DNA of 61,503 bases from Neophaeotheca triangularis (lineage: Eukaryota): positions 186,001-247,503 of the forward strand of contig BAAIJX010000034.1 of NCBI GenBank assembly GCA_054600435.1, given 5' to 3'. Below, piece after piece: positions 47,014 to 57,900 of the stretch. Made by a program: the position numbers and the translations under genes. The stretch's first letter is position 1. Each line of letters opens with the position of its first letter. Below the pieces are notes generated by a model. The model saw only the letters and a list, made by a program, of their open reading frames with translations, did no database searches and was not told the origin of the DNA.

Positions 47014-49212
47014 ATGGCTGGTCGCAGCGCATCCGACTACGAAGCCTTGCTCCAAGAGCTCGAAGAAGCACGGCAGGGGCAGAAGCGCGCGGAAGGACAA
47101 CAGCGACAGGCGGAAGAGCAACAGCGACAGGCGGAAGAGCAACAGCGACAGGCGGAAGAGCAACAGCGACAGGCGGAAGAAGAACGTGAACAAGCGAGAG
47201 AGCGGACCCGGGAAACGACCTTCGACGAATACATAGCCGCTTGTCATTCGCTACTGTGCGAGCCTTTGCGAGCCGCATGCCCGTCTCGCTCTACGAAAGG
47301 CAGCATTCCTGCGCCAACTGGAAAGTACTGCCCCACCAGGTTTCGCGAATGGACTGATTTTGCCGCTCAGCAAACCGAGGTGTACGACACTGTCCGCAGC
47401 TACTTGCAGCCCACCGAAGTGGATGCACCGCGGCTGTTCTCTCCTCTCCTCGCATTGCAAGACCTTGGACGAAGGCTGTGCTCACGACCCCTCAGCAGTG
47501 AAAAGGACCTGGAAGGAGTGGAGCGTTATGGAAAGGATGTTCATGTCCAAGATATCATCTCTGCGCTCTGTAAAGACCCTCATGCTCGTGAAGAACTGCG
47601 ACTTGGTAACGGCTTTCGCTTCGACAGTCACGCAAACGCCCTGGACGAAGAGGCTGCTGAAGCTCGCGAGAGAGACACAACATCAGGGAAGATGCAACCT
47701 GACCAATTCTGCGTACACCGCTTGGATGGGGATTCGAGCTCGTTGTTGATGACGGTGGAATATAAGCCACCGCACAAGTTGTCCACGCAGAACTTGTGTG
47801 CCGGCCTGCGACCCACGAACTTCTGGGAAGAGGTGGTCAGTTCTGAGGTCATTCCTACGGATGGGACAGAAAGACTCAGATACAACGCGGCACGGCTGAC
47901 CGGAGCTGCGATGGTGCAAGAATATCATGTGATGATACAAGAAGGGTTGGCATACTCCTGTCTATCCACCGGGATAGCGTAGGTTTTTCTCCATGTGCCG
48001 GAAGATGACCCGACCACGTTATACTATCATCTCTGCGTGCCGAACAAAGATGTAGAATCTGTGGGTAAAGGGAGCTTTCTACAGCCCGTGACCGCCGTTG
48101 CCAGGTTGCTGTGCCTCGGTCTGATGAGCTGCGCGACGCCTCTGCGGAGTAACGCATGGCGGAACAGGGCCAAGGATGCTGTACATGTCTGGGAGACAAA
48201 CTTCGAGCACGCACGATCGCAGATACCCGACGAGCAGCTGTACCAGACACCACCAGGTTCGGAATATGTACCCTCATCACCGATTGCATCTCCAGAATAA
48301 GGAGTTCGTCGACGCAACACCCGCTCGCACCCTGCCTGCACACCTTCACCAAGCGTGTTGCTAGACTGAAATGACTCCTCGGACTCCTCAGACTCGGACC
48401 TGAATGTCACCGCACGCCGCCATAAGCGGAACTACAGCCAAATAGCCTCGTCACTACCGCAGCCCAAAGCCCAAGAGGCTATGACATCGCGGCAGACTGG
48501 AGGACATCAAAAAAAGCACGAGGCCTCGACATTCTGTACTCAAAGGTGCTTATTCGGCCTCAAACATGATTTACTCCTGGATGATGTTTGTCCCAACGTC
48601 TCGAAGCATCGCAGGGGTCAACAAACTGACAAACACCTGGTGACACTTGCCGAAATGGTACATAACTTTAAGCAGCAGCTTGACGAGGATGTAGATTCTC
48701 ATTGCGAACCATCTGGGGAGTGCGGTAGGACTGGAGCTCTGTTCAAACTCCATTACGAGTTACACGGATACACGTTTGTCGGTAAAGGGACCACATCGGG
48801 CCTTTGGCACATCGTCTCTCGCGAGGCGAATTTCTACCAGATCCTCAGCAACGCGCAGGGCTCCGCCGTCCCTGTATTTCTCGGAGCCGTCGACATGGCG
48901 TAAAGCTACTTCCTACATGGAGCCGGCGAAATAAAGCACATGCTACTGATGGCGTGGGGAGGAGAGCCTCTCACTCAGTCGAAATGGCAAGATAAGTTCA
49001 GCGCTGTAAAGAAGTCTCACGCCATCATCCGCAAGCTTGGTGTACGTCACGGTGATGTTCGGCCTCCAAACACCTTGTGGAACTCGGAACTGAATCGCGT
49101 ACTCATAATCGACTTCCACAAGTCCCAGTTGACTAAAAGCCATACCGTGGCGCCGAAAAGGAAGCGTGAAATCGTGGACAACCCTGCGAAGCGATCACGT
49201 CTGAATGTTTGA
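47014..49212 (+). pseudogene. Full-length Spok (spore-killer-like) homologue with four premature stops and no frameshift
   Basis: Coiled-coil repeat, TTFDEYIAACH, GKYCPTRFREW, PDQF..VEYKPPHKL (PD-(D/E)xK-like nuclease), FCTQRCLFGL..CPNVSKH cysteine cluster, GALFKL..GYTFVGKGT, QGSAVPVFLG, HMLLMAWGG, HGDVRPPNTLWN..IIDF (kinase). Stops at 47980, 48298, 48367, 48901. Confidence 0.9.
47098..47181 (+). repeat. Four 21-bp tandem units encoding (QQRQAEE)4 in the Spok coiled coil
   Basis: CAACAGCGACAGGCGGAAGA(G/A) x4. Confidence 0.95.
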
Positions 49213-49214
49213 TT

Positions 49215-50270
49215 ACCACGTGCGGTTTGGATGCAATCTCCTTTGAAGTTTTTAAAATGTGCCATCAATCTTGCGCCAATTCTCCTACCCCTCTTAACTT
49301 AGCTTCACGGAAGCTTTTCCCTGTCGACTATATATCTTTGTGGGATGTCGAATCTTACCCAAGTGCATTACGGACAAGATGCGTCCCCATCCATGCCTCT
49401 GTTCTCGACCCAACTGACTCCACTTGACGCTAGGCGATCCAGATCCCCGGACGGCCCTGCCCTGCCGAAGACAGAATCTCTTGGCATCCTGATCCCGTCG
49501 TCTTCTGGCTTGTTCCCCTACGGCTCTGATCTAGTGGTTGAAAAGCTTGGGCCACGCAACTAAACGGAAATAACGCCATGAGGGTTAAGTGAGGAACTTT
49601 CAAGCAGTCCTGCTTATTTGGAATCTCCTTCTCGATGAAGAAGCTAAGAACACTCGTCATCAGAGTGTGGACAGGAAGACTAGTAAGGTCATCGAGAAGC
49701 TGAATGGCGACCTTCCAAAAAATAGGGCAGAGACAACTCGTAAGGAAGCCAGTAAGCAGGGGGCAATGGACGCCTTGAGGCACGAGAAGAAAAAGAGAAA
49801 GTGCGGCAAAAAGCTGATTGAGCAGTACAGAGCTGAGCAGGGCTCTGAATCGATTCTATTAAGCCCTGGAAAGTGAAAGCTCCTCTCGAGCTTCAGGATC
49901 AGAGGGAGCGGGAGGAAGAGCAAGAGCGAGTGGACAAAGGACATAGAGCCCAAGAAAGAGCTCTCGTAAAGGTCAGGAAGGGGCAGGAAGCTCAGAAGGG
50001 GCGTGATCAGAGTGATATAGCCCAAGCTGCTCGTGAGGCAAGAAGAGCATCGAGGACGGCTCAAAGGGAAGCAGCTAAAACAGCTAGAAAGACTTGAAAA
50101 CAGGCCGAGTTAAAGTAACTCAGAATCAGAGACTAGAGGAGAACCAAAGAAGCACAAGGCACCTGAAGAGCATGTAATGATAGAGCAACCTCTAAATGCT
50201 ATAGAGAGACCAAAGCAGCTCATATCGAGATCGGGGAGAACTATCCGGGTAGCATAGCGTCTATTGGACC
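49215..50270 (+). mobile_element. 3' relic of a pogo/Fot1-like DDE transposase
   Basis: PIHASVLD, MDALRHEKKKRKCGKKLIEQYRAEQG..LLSPGKVKA, charged helical tail and SRSGRTIR terminal motif, typical of the C-terminus of fungal pogo-like transposases; frameshifted. Confidence 0.7.
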
Positions 50271-50289
50271 AAGATCGGACTGGTCGTCT

Positions 50290-51150
50290 CGAGGGGTTAG
50301 GTAAGGAGCACAGTTCCGACTAGCGCAAGCGATTGATCCGTTGCAGCGGCCATCTTATCAATCTCGTCGCATAAGCAGTGATGTTTGGCTCAGATTCAGA
50401 CGTACTTGAAGACGAGGTCAGCGAGCGTAGTACTGCTGAAGCAGAGCTCATTATATAGCGCAAGAGTGGACCGATTTGCAAGTTCAACAACGTCGTCTGC
50501 TTCATCAACAGGTCAGACCTCTACCACCAGCGATTCATCGACCTCTGAAAACAGAGCGCCCTTCTAAGGCCTGAGGGCAAACGACAGGCATGTTACTTTG
50601 TCAAGGACACCGAAGCGCGGTCCAACAGCTTCTAGGACTCCGCCGAGAGAGCTATGTACCCACGGCCCGCTGTTAACGCGCCACTTTAGCAGATCCGCAT
50701 AGAGAATGAACGCCGGAGAGCGCAGGAGCCCATGCTATCTACGGTGACGTGCTCAACGATGACAGCTGTAGATTTTTATTCAGCTATACCAATAGATCTT
50801 GTGCCTATAAATCAAGCTACCTTCTTTCTTCAAAGGCTACTTCTTTGAGGCCACGTTGTTCGTCGATCTGGTGAGGACCTCTCGATTACTTCGAGCATAT
50901 TTGCACGCAGTATCCAAATACCATTGACGAGCTCAACACCTCTCAATCTCGCCTTGGTACCAACGTCAGTGACGCATGGTAGAAGCTGAGTAGCTTCTAC
51001 GAGCTGCTCGACGGCAGTCTAGTCTACATAGCGGCCATTGTCCTTCATTCTTGTATGAAATGGCAATGGTCCGAAAGGAGACGACCACAACGTGGAGAAT
51101 GGGTCAAGCCCGCCAGATCCGCCTTTCGCATCCCGCAGGAGGATAGATCA
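50290..51150 (+). mobile_element. hAT (Restless-like) transposase relic
   Basis: RLIRCSGHLINLVA*AVMFG..*RKSGPICKFNNVVCFINRS, FVKDTEARSNSF*DSAERA (TRWNS-like), DAW*KLSSFYELLDGSLVYIAAIVLHSCMKWQW; multiple stops and frameshifts. Confidence 0.8.
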
Positions 51151-51863
51151 TCCTCGAGTTGGGATGAGAGTAGAGATATACTCGCAAGAGGCGCTTGAAG
51201 CTGTTGGTGGCTACTGCTGATGACGTCCTCCAATTCTCATCAGAGCATGTTGCCGCTCATCGGTCTGGATTAGTGCAGTCGAACATCTCAATCTTCACGC
51301 TACCACGAGTTCTAGCGCGAGAGAGCGCAACGTATCTCAGACCGATGGGGCGTACCTTCGATGTGGGTCCTAACACAACATATGCAAGACACATTACTTA
51401 GACTTTCAGCCGTCATGGCATAGCTAAAGGTAACAGTAGACTCGTTACAAAGTCTATCAGCTAAGGGAGACCCCAGAACATCAAGCTATCTCCAGGGGTA
51501 TGCCTGCTCCTCCACAATGCTTGACACAAATCCTTCTTTTGGAATTGTGTACACGATGTCACAATCCATGGACGTCATTGTCAGGTTCGGTTTGATGAGA
51601 CCGCTGATATGGCGTTCGTATACTCAGGGCGTATGCTAGAGTTGCTGCGCTTGATTACTGTACGGGGCGGCAGCGGCTCTCGTCCGGGTCCAAGTCGTCA
51701 GCGATCCAACATTAAGTAGTCTTTGAAGAAGGGCTAAAGTGAAATGAGCTCTTTCCCTGCTAGGCTGGCAAGCAAGCTCAGGGTTGATGTAGTGTATATA
51801 GAGCCATAGTACAGGATTAACCATCCGTAATGTGCCATTGATCTGGGGCAAAAGGTTTTCGAC

Positions 51864-52309
51864 CTATTGACCCAACCAAACAACGAAGACCGTAGTCGTA
51901 GCCACAAGTACACCAAGCGCGGCAACCGCAGGCGCGAGTGCGCCTACCATGCCCAAGCTTGTAAGTGTGGCGAAAATCCCGCCCGCCGGAGTGAAGGCAC
52001 CGTATGCCCAAGCTTGGAAAGCCGCAGCTAGTGAGCCTGGAATATCATCAGCTGTCGTCGGGGTTACGTTTCACGGCACCTACTCACCAGCAGCGACGCC
52101 TGACGGGCCGAAACCGAGACATAGTACCAACGCCACCACAACAGTGAACGTTATCCACCACACAGTGATGAGCAATACGATGTCTTGAGGGCCCGTTAGC
52201 AGATCATATCTATCCACAGCAACTCACGGTCGAGGAGTTCTAGGATGACATACGAGGTTGAGAGATCCATTCTACGAAACTGTGCTCGTAGCTCGAGGAA
52301 AAGCTCCAT
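51864..52309 (-). CDS. Small hydrophobic IFI6/IFI27 (ISG12-motif)-like protein, 116 aa; exons 52309-52228, 52183-52088, 52036-51864
   Basis: Introns GTGAGT..GCTAAC..AAG (52227-52184) and GTGAGT..GCTGAT..CAG (52087-52037) give MELFLELRAQ..VLCLGFGPSGVAAGSLAAAFQAWAYGAFTPAGGIFATLTSLGMVG..VVWLGQ* with no internal stop. Not in the ORF track. Confidence 0.78.
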
Positions 52310-54488
52310 GCTGGGTTTCTCTCTGAGAGAAAGGTATGTGCTCCTGCAGTGATATTTGGTGCATCCATGAACTTCCAGTCAGCGAGTAAGATGTTTATTG
52401 GGGCCATACTGCTTGTGCGAAAGTGAATTTATTCACGTTAAAATCATGTAGGAGCAGTTGGAAAAATGAATGGGAAGTAGCAAAGCCAGGAAGAGGTTAT
52501 GGGGGTTGCATGCATTTGTATAGAGGGTGTAGGCATTATTTGTACTTCCAAACAACTATGCGTGTCGGAGCTGGAAGGGCGGCCTCGCAGGCCTGAGCTG
52601 CGCTCTTACATCTATATAGGACGTAACTCTTTGCGTGCATGAGCCGAACACCCTATGGATAGGCCAATCTGTAACATTTAATTCGCTGACTGCCACGGTG
52701 CGCTCGACTTCCAGTCTCGAAGTGGAAGAATGCAGTACAATGCGTTTTCAAGTATGTGCATGCGTGACGTGTCTCAACCACTTTTCAAAGTACGCGACAG
52801 AATGTAGGCTATACAGGCAAGCGTTCATGCACGTTTGGCCAAGATTTTCACGGGTCATCTTGTCAGGTACATGCGTTCTAGACAATACTTCTCGCTGCAC
52901 GGCAAATTAGCGTAAGCCACCTCTTGGCACTCCGGAAGTAGGCTGTAGACCAGCATGCAAGTCTTCATGTCGAGTACAGTAGCATGGGCTGTCGCTGTGA
53001 TCGAACACTGCAAATTCTCACGGCGATCTTAGCTTGTCATCCCCCTATACAGATTTACGATCACCTGGATTCATCATGAGAGCACGTGACAGAACTTTCG
53101 AGGAGATAGGATCGTACATCGTTGTAAGACTGTCACTTAGAGACATACTGGGAACGCGATCTACCTTCTTGATCAGAGTACGAAAATGCTCACTACAGCT
53201 GTCCTAGAAGAGGTTCACAATTGGATGTAGCACAAACTAGAGAGCTGACTCGATGCTCTCTAGACGGAAAGTACTAGAAATAGCTAGAAGTCTAGTGTGA
53301 TCGAATGCGCGGTTAATTTTGTACGGTTAGCTCATGATTCCGCTAGAATATTTGAAGAAGTATGCACATTGTTACTAGTTGCGTATAGTAGATCTTTATC
53401 TGGTAATACTAATGAAGCGGTAGACCGTTAGGTGTGGATTTACCGTCTACCACTATAGCGCACATAAGTAGTAATTGTACCTAACGCAACTACGTACCTA
53501 CATACTACTACTATTTAGCCTAAATTTGTTATAAATGGCTAGAAGGACTAGTATCCTAGCTTTAACGGCCTACCCTATAAGTAACGTCTTAATATAATAG
53601 TAAGGAAGAACTAGAGGTTATCGGCCTAGTACTATTATAGTAACTCCTATACTAGACTGGTTTTAGCCTAAGGGCCTTATGTGCTTACGGTACTTACTTT
53701 GTCATCACCTCCTCTATATACTTACACCTCCCTAACACTAGCACTTACATCTTAGATAGATAGATAACATACACAATAGATTCTAACTAACTAAATTAGC
53801 CCCTACTATTATGGGTTCCTCTAGCTTCCCCGTACTTCTAGAACCTAGGGCATGATGATTCGGCCTCTTAGCGTTTAGCCTCATTTTAAGGCTTCCTCCT
53901 ATAGGAAGCCTCTTCTCTTCCTTTCACTCCTTAGTGTATTATCCTTATCAAATGGGAACTCTATTAATCAGCTCGATCTTAGGCTTGTCTATAATAAGAA
54001 CATAGTATACACTTTAAGTTACCTATTAGAATGCTTTAGAAGACCTAAGTACTAACTAACATAGTCCTATGTATAGCTTATAGTATTTTTGTAAGATTTA
54101 GCTAGTATAGGGTAATCATTAGGAAGATTTTCATAGAAGCTAGCTATTACGGGCTAAACGCATGTACGTGGAATAATAGAGAACGCTCTATTAGAAGATC
54201 ACCTTAGTAGAATAGAGTAGGAAGTATTACGTGACTAGGAACGATTAATGTACTTAGCGGGATCTAGTAAATAGAGTAGATAGAGTAAATAGAGTAGTAG
54301 AGTAAGGAAAGACATATAAGTAGACACTTATTACATTATAGTTAGGAGCTTTATGCTCAACTTAGAATATAAACCCTATTATATCCTTTACCTCTACAAC
54401 CTAAATTAACTTAACGTGTAAGATATTCCTTTACCGTAGTAATAGAACAAGGAACTATAACAAAATACTATAATTAGATTACCTTAAG

Positions 54489-54731
54489 CCAAACAAATTT
54501 TAGTGAGGATTTAGGGGCTAAAAGCTAATAGGCATAGTAATTTATTTAAAAGAAGTGACTTAATTTATAATATAATCACTACTTAAATACTTCTAAAATT
54601 CTTACTGTTAATTTTTAAAGGAAGAATAAGTTTAAAACTATACTGCTAAACAAAACTACCTCTTATTACTTAAAAAACAAGTGCTATCCCTATCGGATTT
54701 TAGCCCCTAATTCTCACTAGAATTTATTTAA
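54489..54731. mobile_element. MITE-like element (~240 bp) with ~55-bp imperfect terminal inverted repeats
   Basis: Left CCAAACAAATTTTAGTGAGGATTTAGGGGCTAAAAGCTAATAGGCATAG versus reverse complement of right TTAAATAAATTCTAGTGAGAATTAGGGGCTAAAATCCGATAGGGATAG; AT-rich non-coding interior. Confidence 0.7.
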
Positions 54732-55134
54732 GTGCGGCATTTCTATTATAGTATTAGTGTTAGCGAGTGTTAGACGCCCCTAGTGTTAGGATCTCGGACT
54801 AGAGGTAAAGCTTTAGATCGAGTGTAGAGGAAGCTTCGAGCTACTCCTTAGGCGTTATAGTAAGAATAAATCATTCGCTAGAGACGCACTAAAGCTAGCC
54901 GCGGAAATTAGGACAATAAAGAAGAACCTTATGCTTAACATTTATATAATTCAACATTATCATCAATTGGGTTAACGATCCTAATCACGGTATACGACGA
55001 ACCTACATGCTAGCTAAAGTCGGTCTTCGGCGCTTAAACTACCCATACTTACTTCGCGAACGGACGACTCTCCGCCTACACTAGAGAACATCGCACGCGT
55101 TATAGCGGCGGCACCGAGTAACTGCCGACCGCAT

Positions 55135-56300
55135 ATAGCGCCTCTAAGGTCGCATTCCTCGCCTTAGGCCTACCTATGTTCGTAAACGCCATAAATGCCT
55201 CGTCGCGCTCTAGTAGCAGCTATACCTAGGTATAGTTTAGCGTGTTAGTACTAGACGTAAACATCTCCGTACTATTCATAGAAGTAGCATCATAATCGAA
55301 AGCCGCGTAGGTATGCTTTTCCTATAACGTAGCCACATTATTAGGGTATGAATGTAGTATTTAGAAACTCGAGGGGCTAAGAATCGGAGTTTGCCGACCC
55401 TAGTAGCCGTTAAGGTGTAGTTAGAGGAAGGTAGCGAAGGAAGACATGTCGTAGTGAACGCTAGCGCCTAGCTAGAGGGCTTTAGGGTTGTCGCCATGTA
55501 GTGCGTCTAGTATTATAGGTATAGGATCTCTACCTTACGCTACCGGCTCGCTATACGGCTATAGGTTATTGACCGTAGCCCTCGACGGTTCAGGCTACAC
55601 GCTAAACCTATAACGAGGCATTACGAGTCTATCGAAAAGGGCTTACATTATGGCTTACTAAGTTTGAGCCGTTTATTCTTCTAACATAGCCGCGAGGACT
55701 ACGTAGCCTACGACGCTATACTACTATGTAGATCTAGGTGTGCTAACCGGCGGATTAGATAGTGTGTCTATAGTAAAGCGATAGCGCTAATCCGTCGGCG
55801 AAGTTATGTCCTGATGGAATGTCGTCTACTAGTCGCCGTACTCGGATAGGTCGGTACTAGGCATAATGCCGGCGAAATCGGTTAGAAGTATTCTGACCGT
55901 AGCGTTAGAGTATTACTCGTAAATCGAGGACAAGCCGAATACATCGCTAACGGTAGTGTTCCAGTCTATTATGCCTTCTTTAATTACCGTTACCGTTAAG
56001 ATAGCTGTAAGCGACCTAGTAATGCCTCCGAGGTGGAATATATCACTATTCTAGGTAGTAACATCATCCCCTTGTTTATGTATACTAGTCATGGTAGAAG
56101 TTAGGCTTCCGAGTCTAACGTTTCCTATCGTAAGCGCCGGGACGTTATATCGTTAGCGTATAGTCTATAAAGCCGTAGATACTAGAACGGTAGTCTATGA
56201 CATACTTGATACGGCCGGAGAACTAGGTGTCGTTGTCGATAAGGCTGTTAATCTGTTTGTGACTATTAGTCCGGCTAATGTCTATGAAATCTCGTCATGC
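55135..56300 (-). pseudogene. RIP-inactivated beta-lactamase/serine hydrolase (class C-like) family gene
   Basis: IR*RYNVPALTIG..DIFHLGGITRSLTA..EGIIDWNTTVSDVF..YSVVGYVVLAAMLEE..LFDRLVM..GDNPKAL..LHLNG..SF*ILH..STNTLNY..ERDEAFMAFTN, with many TAG/TAA stops. End coordinates approximate. Confidence 0.75.
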
Positions 56301-57128
56301 GTTACATGCCCTATCGGTTCATCGTTACGTTTCGAAGAGACACTAACGCCTACCCTAACCCTAATAGATGCTAGTAGTACTACTACACCTACTAACCACT
56401 ATATCCGTTTCTTCTTCCATGAGCGTTTTTGGTGTGATAGGCCTATACGACACTAATCTACATCTAGTTGAATAGCTATGTTTTACTAGACTAAGTATTT
56501 CTTGTTGTCATGATTAGGTACGTTCCGCACTTAGGGTCCAAGGTGACTTTGTTCCTTAGCGAAATACGGTGGATTGACTTCAAGTGTGCTATACGACATT
56601 ATTAGGTCTACTAGGTTCGATGTAAGGACGGTCGTGAAGTCGAGCCCTCTCATAGTAGTAGAAAGAATAGTATGAGCGCGATATGTACATCAAACGAGGG
56701 ATAGGAGCGATGTTTCCCTATACTAGGAACTAGACAATGCCTTTATACGAGAATAGCTATACTTTTGTGAGGCTAAGTCGTGTAAGCCGTGTTGTTATTA
56801 TTAACTTTATTGTCGTCATCTCTACCTCCTCTAAAAAGTAGAACTAAGCGACGTGGCTTGCTTATAGCGTAGTCTCGAATAGAGCGTTATCGCTCTAAAC
56901 ATACATACTAATAGACAAGCATTAGGACAGTATCCACTTACTAATACACACAAATAGGACGTATAGATCGAACCGTCCTACATAAGGGCACGATGTAGAA
57001 GTTTAAACGTTCGAGATAGTCGGTACAATACAGATCAGCGTTCAGTCGATAATGTAGACATTAATGCTAAGGACTCTAAACATGAAACCTAGAATGTAGT
57101 ATAGTATGTCAGTAAGATATGTCGTGTA

Positions 57129-57900
57129 TGTTCCTTCGCCGATAATAGCGTGGCTGTGTAACGCGTAAAGAACACTAAAAGATTAGATAGATCGTAGTGA
57201 TAGTCTAAATGTTCAAATCGACCTACTACTTGATACGATCTGTTACCTCACGTATACTCACGAGATGACCGTTAGTCCTCTATCTTTTCCGTTACTTCGC
57301 TACATTAGGGCGTATGTCTATCTAACGAGCTGTCTTACTATAGTCCGATAAAGCACTAGTGAGTATAGAATGGCGGAACCGTACGTTGACTTTAACTAGC
57401 GTCATCTTACTATGCTAATACGTTGTACGGCGACGTATACTCGATAGTGTTTACTAGCTTGCTATTGTCGCCGTCTACACGACAAACATAGAGCCGACTA
57501 GGCTGTATTCGACCTAGTGACATGCTCCTATTAGTCTCGTCCGTGACCTTTTCGTTTAAGGCATTCGCCTGACTTTTAGACCGAAAACCTTAGCCTAGCC
57601 GAAGCCCTTCGCTAGTCGAAGTTACTTTTTACGGCGCCTTAGCGATGTCTACATCATGTCGGTCTTGACCTTAACGCTCTACACCTTTTAGGCCTTGCTT
57701 ACGGCTGTTAAATTACCCTTATAGCGATCTATTGAGATCTTAGACTACTATTAAGAGGGAAATAATAGCGGAGCGGTTTCCCCTATATATAGTAAGGAGC
57801 TACGGATAGTACTATATAGTGCCGCTCGATGAGCAGGTAAGTCGGTACACTCGCCTAATCCGAAAATTGCCGTCGGAGGATATGTAGCGATAAACTCGAT
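57129..57900 (-). pseudogene. Second, heavily RIPed and internally deleted Spok relic
   Basis: ECTDLPAHRAALYSTIRSSL..APLLF, GLKGVER*GQDRH, LRLG*GFRSKSQANALNE..RIQPSRLYVCRVDGDNSKLVNTIEYTSPYNV, FYTH*CFIGL, PNVAK*RKR*RTNGHLV, LHSHAIIGEGT. All are colinear with the 47014-49212 copy. Confidence 0.8.

Noticed and set aside
47980..48903. Spok premature stops rescued by sexual-stage A-to-I editing or readthrough
   Set aside because: Four stops of three types, two needing double edits; such editing is established mainly in Sordariomycetes; mutation is simpler
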